The position numbers were made by a program, and so were the translations under genes. A DNA stretch of 64,000 nucleotides from contig CAZCRD010000103.1 in NCBI GenBank assembly GCA_964501025.1, positions 3,412 through 67,411 of the forward strand. The letters run 5' to 3'. Shown here piece after piece: positions 56,501 to 64,000 of the stretch; position 1 is the stretch's first letter, and each line of letters opens with the position of its first letter. The stretch comes from an uncultured Candidatus Cloacimonadota bacterium. Its GTDB lineage: Bacteria; Cloacimonadota; Cloacimonadia; Cloacimonadales; Cloacimonadaceae. Under the pieces are notes generated by a model. That model searched no databases. It was not told the origin of the DNA and worked only from the letters and a program-made list of their open reading frames with translations.

Positions 56501-56691
56501 AACTACAGATATTCAACGTGAAGGGGCAAATAGTAAAAACGCTGCACCAGGGTCATTTAGCAGCCGGAAAACACACGCTAATATGGAATGGAATAGATGA
56601 TAACAAGCGACCAGTAAGCTCGGGAATCTACTTCCTGCGTCTGGACGACGGACGTAAGATCAATCACAAGAAAATGTGCTTACAAAAATAA
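53545..56691 (+). CDS. Giant secreted multidomain protein (carboxypeptidase-regulatory-like and FN3-like modules) with a T9SS/FlgD-Ig-like C-terminal sorting domain
   Basis: Signal peptide. ISGIVTDSNMQAI...GTYTLPV (CarboxypepD_reg-like). PPENLVAEG...ALSWDAP...GYRISRNG (FN3-like). The C-terminus reads NHPNPFNPNTKISFNL...LQIFNVKGQIV...SGIYFLRL...KKMCLQK. Confidence 0.7.
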   Translation: MIRNILIIVFCLCSILHAVYLHEGWDAGSFAANAWHKDASCENWQVMNIGGYHLRFGGFPELENYNSSLQSQIFDLAGVSSLSLEFKLKGISLEATQSEYMAVEYRIDNSEWIAIFDIEATIGDVMDPLESYSYSFSEPIAGNTIRFRFRAYGENSANFMFWQIDDILLKDQDYQAPAIISGIVTDSNMQAIADALVSDGQNYVRTGFSGTYTLPVQPSAQIAVTARAFSYYDGSAQLINIESEASAIADITLQAEDGELMDPFAMNASVYYSDTGASCGVYWNAVHEFPGDGVLELAYDSPPVDYFYNPFMINECEYMVVKYERDWDLNLGAVKLALRSMMPTSVELVAFYESNGQPDLNNPVFDSPQIFDFVPEVSGYPQWQQFPLPFFIEAQTPFYLGVKYRNGDLYSVGITPTDESRTYYSFDSENDWEISSGEAAMIRLLGNEYEPWDARNLLGYNLYHNHQLVNDTPLMGSYYYDDQLDWGEHIYYATAVYSTGESNITNSVCVNVRPVAISSVNLNQNPSGDQYVIVSMIAYKVHGGVSSLSLLRNGIEIYNYANPDPEQNLLECIHLDYNLENDTAVEYQLLASYLDGSSSLSAVYQYRCLLPPENLVAEGCEAGVALSWDAPVSPNRALLGYRISRNGNGDYLEFDTLILETEYLDTGMELGLVYDYLVSAVYEDGVADSPLVSVVAGPAVYHPVTNLESAIENNQVKLRWDRPDDTYMILSKNAPGKSQGFAPGHNFTAGINFIPGQMMDAINHISAGLAFIPVSDAPVTVRAYNCSNPEEEYLCDEIVLETPTAGEWNFVPCYSINVESMLAAYRFELETDGGLMLDDATSPVAGANAIMVDGEISDLQTQYGINQNWKFAIKLKETDHVNPCTRDLYPVLTGYKVVCNSEEISMESEFDQFYQEPASNDEYRAYYILAVYDTGESDPSNTVEVAPVSISDEDIAVPSIALQNHPNPFNPNTKISFNLREASDIKLQIFNVKGQIVKTLHQGHLAAGKHTLIWNGIDDNKRPVSSGIYFLRLDDGRKINHKKMCLQK

Positions 56692-56717
56692 GCCTCCAGT
56701 AACCATACAGCACACTC

Positions 56718-56743
56718 AAGCCCCGATTTTTCGGGGCTTTTTT
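56718..56743 (+). terminator. Rho-independent terminator after the 53545 gene
   Basis: AAGCCCCGA-ttt-TCGGGGCTT followed by TTTTT. Confidence 0.8.
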
Positions 56744-56988
56744 GTCTGCTGAAAGCTTGAAAGTAAGATCAGCTTAAGCTATACATGAGGGTATTGTGTT
56801 TGTGACTTGCAAGTTAGCATCAAAATCTCGCAGCTCTGTTGCGGATACAAAGTGAGAAGAGCCCATATCCAGAAGGCGACTTGCTAAAGTGCGAGGCACC
56901 GGCCATCAAACATTTTCATTGACAGCTTTTGCCCTTCATGAGATCCATCAACGAACATGAAATTGGTCCCATATTTGAGGTGTGTATT

Positions 56989-59955
56989 ATGAAAATGGAA
57001 GAGCTTAATTATTACTACAATAAATTTAAGTTCGGAGAAGACATCTTTCATCAATTGATGCAAAGACGTGTGCGGGATATCCTCTTGGTTTCTACCTTTT
57101 ACGATGCCTTTATCTTTGAGCAGGATGGCAGACTATCGGAGCAAATCTTTGGTGAATATCGGCAGCTAAATCTCTCCACAGCGCCCCGGATCACTTCTGT
57201 GCCCACCGGAGCTGAGGCTTTGGAAAAACTGAAGACTCACTCCTACGATCTGGTAATAACGATGATGCGCATTGGCGAAATCGGTCCTTTTGAGCTGGCA
57301 AAACAGGTGAAAGAAGATCATCCGGATCTGACCGTGCTCTTGCTGCTAAACGTGGCCTCGGACTATGTGATCTGGGAAAATCACGAAGAGGAACGGCAGT
57401 ACATCGACGACGTCTTTCTTTGGAATGGCGATACCAAGCTCTTTTTGGCTATGGTAAAAAATGTGGAAGACAATATAAATGTGGAATACGACACGTCCCA
57501 CGGCCTGGTGAGGGTGATCCTGCTGGTGGAGGATTCTGTCCATTACTATTCCATGTTTTTACCTTCTTTATATTCTGTGATCATGAAACAGACTCAAAAA
57601 CTCATCGAAGAAGAGGTGAGCGACATCAATAAGCACCTGCGCATGAGGGTGCGTCCCAAAGTGCTCCTGGCACACGATTATGAGGAAGCCGTGCGTCTGT
57701 ATGAGAAATACAAGGAGTATATCCTCTGCGTGATCTCGGATGTTCGCTACCGAGTGGCCGGGGAGATCGATGCCCATGCCGGGATCAAATTGATCCGCCA
57801 TGTGATGGCCAAAAACCGCGATCTGCCCATGATCCTGCAATCTTCCGAAGATGAGAATGAAGCAGTCGCCCAAGACTTGAACGTGCATTTTTTGAACAAA
57901 AACTCCAAGCATCTCTTCAAAGACCTGCGTGAGTACATGGTGTTTAGCTTGGGCTTTGGCAATTTCATCTTTCGCAGCCCCAAAGGCAAGATCATCGATG
58001 AAGCTTCAAACATAGCGGAATTTGAAGATAAGATCCTCAAGATCCCGGTTGATTCTCTGGAGTTTCACAGTAGATTTAATCACTTTTCAAACTGGCTGAT
58101 CGCCCATGGTGAGATTCAAATCGCCAAGAAGATCCGGCCCATGAAGATCGAAGACTTTGAATCCAGAAATGAATTGCGGCAATTTTTGTATCACATCTTC
58201 CGCACGGTGCGCATCGAGAAAAACCGCGGCAAAATCATCAATTTTGACGCAGTGTCACTGGCGGAAATGAATCAGATCATCCGACTCACAGAAGGCTCAT
58301 TGGGTGGCAAGGGACGTGGCCTGGCCTTTCTGAATGCGCTGCTGTGTACCATGGATTATGAAAAGAAATTTGAGAACACTTCGATATCTCTACCTTCCAC
58401 GGCAATCATCGGCACTAATGAGTTTGACCAGTTTGTAGAACGCAATCACATAGTGGAAAAAATCCAGGGCAAGACCGATGAGGAAATCGACGAGCTTTTT
58501 ATCGAGAGCGAGCTCTCGGAAGGTCTGGTACGCCGACTGGAGATATATCTGGATGCCGTGAAGTATCCCATAGCGGTGAGATCTTCCAGCCTGCTGGAGG
58601 ATTCTCAGGCGCAGCCTCTGGCTGGAGTGTATCGCACTTTTATGTTGCCAAACAATCATGCCGACAAGATGCACCGGTTACGCCAGCTCATGGACGCCAT
58701 CAAGCTGGTCTTTGCCTCAGTGTATCTCAGCGATGCACGCAATTTCCTGGATTCCCTCAATTTCAAAGCGGAAGAGGAAAAAATGGCTGTGATCATCCAG
58801 GAAACTGTGGGTTGCCTGATCGGTGATAAGTATTACTATCCGCATATCTCTGGCGTGGCGCAATCTTACAATTTCTATCCCACTTCGCACATGCAACATG
58901 CAGATGGCATTGCCAATATCGCACTGGGTTTGGGGAAATCTGTGGTAGAAGGGAAGCTGAACTACCGGTTTTGTCCCCGCTATCCGGATATCGACATGCT
59001 GCCTCCAGAAGAGATGATGCGCAATTCCCAGAAGGAGTTTTACGCCCTGAATCTGGCCAACAACGACTTTGACCTGATCGGCGGAGAAGAGATCACGCTT
59101 TCCAAGCTCACGCTCAAGGATGCCGAAAAGCATGATACCATCCGCTATCTCGCCTCGGTCTGGGATTATGAAAACTATCGGCTCACAGACAATCTGCAGG
59201 AACGGGGAATGAAAGTCCTCACCTTTTCCAGCATCCTCAAATACAATTACTTCCCCCTGGCCAAGATCGTGGAAGAACTGCTGGAAATCGGGGAAATAGC
59301 TTTGGGCATCCCGGTGGAGATCGAATTTGCCGTCAATCTGGATTACAAGAATTGCTATACCAACAAACCCACCTTTTACATCCTGCAAATCCGCCCGCTT
59401 TCGGTAAGCACTGATGCCTATCACATTGATACGGAAAAACTGGATAAGAGTGAGCTATTGATGTTTACCGAACATGGCATGGGCAATGGAGTGATCGAAG
59501 AGCTGCGTGATGTGATCTATCTGGATCCTAATACTTTTGACAAAACCATGACCCACGAAATGCAGGCTGAGATCGAGAATTTCAATGCCAAGATGGCTCA
59601 GCAAGGCAAACGCTATATCCTGATCGGACCGGGACGCTGGGGCTCCAGAGACAAGTTTTTGGGGATCCCGGTGCGCTGGCCTCAGATCAACCGTGCTAAA
59701 GTGATCCTGGAAACGGGACTTCGGGATTTCATCGTGGAAGCGAGTCAGGGTACGCACTTCTTCCACAATCTGGTAGCTATGAACGTGGGGTATTTTACCA
59801 TACCCTATGTCTCACAAACCGATTTTGTAGATATTGACTGGTTGCTCAGCCAACCCCACTGCGAAAAAGGAGAATACTTTGTGCATATTGAATTTGACCA
59901 TCCGCTTCTGGTGATGATGGATGGAAAGACCGGTACCGCAATAATCCACAAATAG
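56989..59955 (+). CDS. Pseudo-receiver / receiver / PPDK_N-type ATP-grasp (PEP/pyruvate-binding-domain family) protein, paralogue 1
   Basis: REC-like 1 (ILLVSTFYD...YDLVITMM). REC 2 (ILLVEDS...CVISDVRY...ILQSS). ATP-grasp motifs GGKGRGLAFLN, AVRSSSLLED...AGVYRTF and ILQIRPLS. Conserved unassigned tail. Start at the ATG at 56989 after GAGG. Confidence 0.75.
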   Translation: MKMEELNYYYNKFKFGEDIFHQLMQRRVRDILLVSTFYDAFIFEQDGRLSEQIFGEYRQLNLSTAPRITSVPTGAEALEKLKTHSYDLVITMMRIGEIGPFELAKQVKEDHPDLTVLLLLNVASDYVIWENHEEERQYIDDVFLWNGDTKLFLAMVKNVEDNINVEYDTSHGLVRVILLVEDSVHYYSMFLPSLYSVIMKQTQKLIEEEVSDINKHLRMRVRPKVLLAHDYEEAVRLYEKYKEYILCVISDVRYRVAGEIDAHAGIKLIRHVMAKNRDLPMILQSSEDENEAVAQDLNVHFLNKNSKHLFKDLREYMVFSLGFGNFIFRSPKGKIIDEASNIAEFEDKILKIPVDSLEFHSRFNHFSNWLIAHGEIQIAKKIRPMKIEDFESRNELRQFLYHIFRTVRIEKNRGKIINFDAVSLAEMNQIIRLTEGSLGGKGRGLAFLNALLCTMDYEKKFENTSISLPSTAIIGTNEFDQFVERNHIVEKIQGKTDEEIDELFIESELSEGLVRRLEIYLDAVKYPIAVRSSSLLEDSQAQPLAGVYRTFMLPNNHADKMHRLRQLMDAIKLVFASVYLSDARNFLDSLNFKAEEEKMAVIIQETVGCLIGDKYYYPHISGVAQSYNFYPTSHMQHADGIANIALGLGKSVVEGKLNYRFCPRYPDIDMLPPEEMMRNSQKEFYALNLANNDFDLIGGEEITLSKLTLKDAEKHDTIRYLASVWDYENYRLTDNLQERGMKVLTFSSILKYNYFPLAKIVEELLEIGEIALGIPVEIEFAVNLDYKNCYTNKPTFYILQIRPLSVSTDAYHIDTEKLDKSELLMFTEHGMGNGVIEELRDVIYLDPNTFDKTMTHEMQAEIENFNAKMAQQGKRYILIGPGRWGSRDKFLGIPVRWPQINRAKVILETGLRDFIVEASQGTHFFHNLVAMNVGYFTIPYVSQTDFVDIDWLLSQPHCEKGEYFVHIEFDHPLLVMMDGKTGTAIIHK

Positions 59956-59987
59956 AAATCCCGTGTGTGTGAATTGAGGTTTTTGTT

Positions 59988-62927
59988 GTGATTGCCACAA
60001 ACTTTTGGGCAGAAGAAGCAGGGCTCCTGGAAGCACTGATGCCGGTGAGGGTGCGTAGTGTACTCTTGATCTCATCGCTGTATGACTCTTTTGTCTTTGA
60101 AGTGGATGGCTTTTTGGCAGAGCAGGTGGCAGAGGATTTTTATCTTCTGAATCTGAGCAATTTCCCCAATATCCATCATGCCTCATCTTTGGAAAAAGCT
60201 CTGAGTCTCTTGCAGCTGGAGAAGATCGACCTGGTGATCATCCATCTGGCATCCCAACGAGCGATTGCTTTGGATCTTTTGACCAAGATCAAGGAATATG
60301 ATTCCACCCTGCCCATATTCTTCTTTTTGGGTGTTCCCCAGGATTTGATGTTTATTGAAAACCATCTGCCAGAGCTGGATCAGGTGGAAGATTTCTTTTA
60401 TTGGAACGGCGATTCCAAACTCTTTCTGGCTGTGATCAAGCAATGGGAAGAGCGGCAAAACATTGATCATGATGCCGAAATCTATGATCTGCCCATCATC
60501 ATGGTGGTGGAAACCTTCATCCCTTATTACTCGCAGTTTTTGCCGCTGCTTTATGAACAAACCATGCAGCTCAATCAATCCGTGATTCGTAGTGAACATC
60601 AGGACAGCAACAAGGGCTTGTATCTGAATGCTCGTCCCAGGATCCTGCTCGTGCATGATTTTGCGGCAGCCAAGGCAGCTTATGAGGCTTATTCCCGCTC
60701 GATCATCGGCATCATCAGCAATGTGAATTATAACCATCGGGGAAATCAACACCGGGATGGAGGAATTCAGCTTCTGCAATACATCCGCAAGGTGAATCCC
60801 AGCCTGCCATTCCTCTTGCAATCCTTCAACCCCATGTACCGGGATATCGTGAGCAGCAATGAAGGTGACTTCCTTTACAAAGACTTGCCAGGATTGTCTC
60901 AGCAGCTGCTGAGATGGCTGAAGACCGAAGCAGGTTTTGGAGCTTTTAGCTTTCGAGGCGAGCAACGCAATACCATTGCCGAAGCTCATACTTTGATTGG
61001 TTTTCACAGCGCAATCCAAGAGATCCCGGATGACATCCTCTGCTATCACTGGCAGAATCGTCACATTCACCACTGGTTTGCCACACATGCGGAATTGGGA
61101 TTATGCCGGTATCTGGCAAATCTGCCTTTGGAGATCAATGCTGCTGAGATCAGAGCCTCTTTGTGTGCAGCCCTGGAATCCTTAATCGCTTACCGCAGAC
61201 GGGAAAAGATCCAGGAATTTAATGATGAAGCGGATTTCCGGCTCCCGCTTATCTACAAGATCGGCGAAGATTCCATCGGGGGCAAAGGGCGCGGTCTGGC
61301 CTTTCTGAATGTAGTGCTAAACCGCTTTAGCAGCATCTGTGAGAAATACCCCGCTGTGGAAATCACTGTACCTGTGGCAGCTGTATTGGCCACCGGTATC
61401 TTTGACGAATTCATCCTGCACAATTCGGCATTACATGATATCGAAGCCCTGGAAGATCTTTCTGACCAGGAGATTGACGAGATTTTCCTGCATGCTGATC
61501 TCGCTCCGGCTGCTTTTGAAAGCCTGGAGCATATCATCCGGCTGTGTGATTTTCCCCTGGCTGTCCGTTCTTCAAGCGTCCTGGAAGACCACATCACCAA
61601 TCCCTTTGCCGGTGTGTTTCGCACTTTCATCATTGCAAACAACCATCCCGACAAAGAACAGCGGCTCTGCCAACTGATCGACGCGGTAAAACTCGTCTAT
61701 GCTTCAATGTTCCTAAAAAGTGCCAGAGTCTATCGGGAATCCCTAAACATCCCGGCCCGAGAAGAAAAAATGGCAGTGATCATTCAGAAAGTGGCGGGAT
61801 CTCATCATGGCAATTTGTTTTATCCTCTGGTATCTGGAGTAGCTCAGTCTTACAATTACTATCCCGGCATCGGCATGAACCACGAAGATGGCGTGGTCAC
61901 GCTCTCTACCGGCCTTGGCAAAAACGCTGTGGAACGCGGACGCACCTTTGCCTTTTGCCCTCGCCATCCCAACAAAGATATGTTCCCGGCCGTAGATATT
62001 GTCAAAAATGCCCAACGCTATTTCTACGCCTTGTCGGATCAGCAACAGGATCTGAATCTCAAAGACGATGAATCTGCCACTCTGGTCAAAGTCCGGATTT
62101 CCAACTCTCTGTTGGAAGGTCATCTGCAAGTACTTTCTTCGGTGTGGGATCACAACAATCTGGAATTTCTCAGTGGCAAATATGTGCGAGGTCCGAGAGT
62201 AATCACATATCGGGATCTACTGCATTACAAGACCTATCCCCTGGCCGATATCATCATGGATTTCCTGGAATTGGGAAGAGTGGTATTGGGTTGTGAATCC
62301 GAGATAGAATTTGCCTTTGATATCAATGAAGATAGCGGCAAAGCTACGTTTAGCCTTCTGCAGATCAGACCGATCTCAGTAAATAAATTACTCTATAGCG
62401 AGGCTCTGGAGGGATATCTGAAGCGCAAAGACGAGATTCTGCTCTTTTCTTCCTATGCTCTGGGCAGTGATATCACTACAGAGATTACCGATGTGGTCTG
62501 CCTGCGTCCAGAGCGCTTTGATATCGTCAAGACCGAGCTAATGGCGCTGGAGATCGAGAGGATAAACGAGCAATACAAAAACACTCAAACAAAGTATATC
62601 CTGATGGCACCGGGGCGATGGGGATCTTCAGATCGCTTTTTGGGCATTCCCGTGGCCTGGAGTCAGATCACGGCAGTGGCTGTAATCGTGGAATTGGTCT
62701 TGCCAAATATGAGCATTGAGGCCAGTCATGGCAGTCATTTCTTCCACAATCTGTTCAGCATGGGAGTAGCATATCTGACTGTGCTGCAAGACAAAGACTA
62801 TGTCAATTGGCAATGGCTGGATACCTTGCCTCTTGTTTATGAAGAGCAGTACTTTGAAGTACGCCGCAGCCCCCAACCCTTTAATATTCTCTTTGACGGC
62901 AAGAATTCCGTGATCAAAAAAGGATAG
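59988..62927 (+). CDS. Pseudo-receiver / degenerate receiver / PPDK_N-type ATP-grasp protein, paralogue 2
   Basis: Collinear with paralogue 1 (GGKGRGLAFLN, AVRSSSVLED...AGVFRTF, LLQIRPIS, APGRWGSSDRFLGIPV, GSHFFHNL). The second receiver has GIISNVNY, with Asn at the Asp position. GTG start. Confidence 0.75.
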   Translation: MIATNFWAEEAGLLEALMPVRVRSVLLISSLYDSFVFEVDGFLAEQVAEDFYLLNLSNFPNIHHASSLEKALSLLQLEKIDLVIIHLASQRAIALDLLTKIKEYDSTLPIFFFLGVPQDLMFIENHLPELDQVEDFFYWNGDSKLFLAVIKQWEERQNIDHDAEIYDLPIIMVVETFIPYYSQFLPLLYEQTMQLNQSVIRSEHQDSNKGLYLNARPRILLVHDFAAAKAAYEAYSRSIIGIISNVNYNHRGNQHRDGGIQLLQYIRKVNPSLPFLLQSFNPMYRDIVSSNEGDFLYKDLPGLSQQLLRWLKTEAGFGAFSFRGEQRNTIAEAHTLIGFHSAIQEIPDDILCYHWQNRHIHHWFATHAELGLCRYLANLPLEINAAEIRASLCAALESLIAYRRREKIQEFNDEADFRLPLIYKIGEDSIGGKGRGLAFLNVVLNRFSSICEKYPAVEITVPVAAVLATGIFDEFILHNSALHDIEALEDLSDQEIDEIFLHADLAPAAFESLEHIIRLCDFPLAVRSSSVLEDHITNPFAGVFRTFIIANNHPDKEQRLCQLIDAVKLVYASMFLKSARVYRESLNIPAREEKMAVIIQKVAGSHHGNLFYPLVSGVAQSYNYYPGIGMNHEDGVVTLSTGLGKNAVERGRTFAFCPRHPNKDMFPAVDIVKNAQRYFYALSDQQQDLNLKDDESATLVKVRISNSLLEGHLQVLSSVWDHNNLEFLSGKYVRGPRVITYRDLLHYKTYPLADIIMDFLELGRVVLGCESEIEFAFDINEDSGKATFSLLQIRPISVNKLLYSEALEGYLKRKDEILLFSSYALGSDITTEITDVVCLRPERFDIVKTELMALEIERINEQYKNTQTKYILMAPGRWGSSDRFLGIPVAWSQITAVAVIVELVLPNMSIEASHGSHFFHNLFSMGVAYLTVLQDKDYVNWQWLDTLPLVYEEQYFEVRRSPQPFNILFDGKNSVIKKG

Positions 62928-62990
62928 ATTGCCTGCATGAAGTCTATATATGAGTTTTTTTGTGTATAAACCCTAAAACGTGTAAAATAA

Positions 62991-64000
<1,010 letters not shown>

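Noticed and set aside
56964-56978. TGGTCC-N5-TTGA sigma54-like element upstream of the first REC/ATP-grasp gene
   Set aside because: The -12 element would put the transcription start on top of the ATG at 56989 and would exclude the GAGG RBS. The -12 GC is also missing.

Overview
Chromosomal segment of a Gram-negative-type bacterium, densely packed with about 60 protein genes and a four-tRNA cluster. I found no rRNA, CRISPR array, transposase, integrase or reverse transcriptase. Gene content (Thi4-type thiazole synthase, a Na+-decarboxylase beta subunit, LruC-domain lipoproteins, several proteins ending in a T9SS/FlgD-Ig-like C-terminal sorting domain) suggests an anaerobic FCB-group or Cloacimonadota-like organism; this is inference only. 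Recognisable blocks: (i) a thi4-thiE-thiC-thiD operon behind a clear TPP riboswitch; (ii) groES-trxA behind a CIRCE-like operator; (iii) rpmH-rnpA-yidD-yidC-jag; (iv) a ~12 kb co-directional minus-strand array with many 1-4 nt gene overlaps (oadB-like, cdd, PflX-like radical SAM, amidase, sensorless histidine kinase, DUF512, ribH, nusB, GT2, SPASM radical SAM, membrane protein, DUF4159, LpxH-like, cyclophilin); (v) tRNA Gly-Cys-Leu-Gly with two identical Gly copies; (vi) the AMMECR1/Memo pair, ChaN, YigZ and UmuC. Least explained and most interesting: two tandem ~1000-aa receiver-receiver-ATP-grasp (PPDK_N-like) paralogues lacking the rest of a PpsA/PPDK enzyme (56989-62927); a TPR-kinase/NtrC-type sigma54 pair divergent from an operon encoding a CheY-like protein and two giant T9SS-tagged proteins (47119-56691); an ATP-cone/Mrr-like nuclease fusion coupled to a 44-aa ORF (18092-19085); a 1015-aa GNAT fusion protein (3541-6588); an RCC1-LruC fusion with a second LruC paralogue; and a membrane-anchored SPASM radical SAM plus GT2 pair inside an envelope operon. 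All calls rest on reading the supplied translations and the DNA by eye. No database search or folding program was run.
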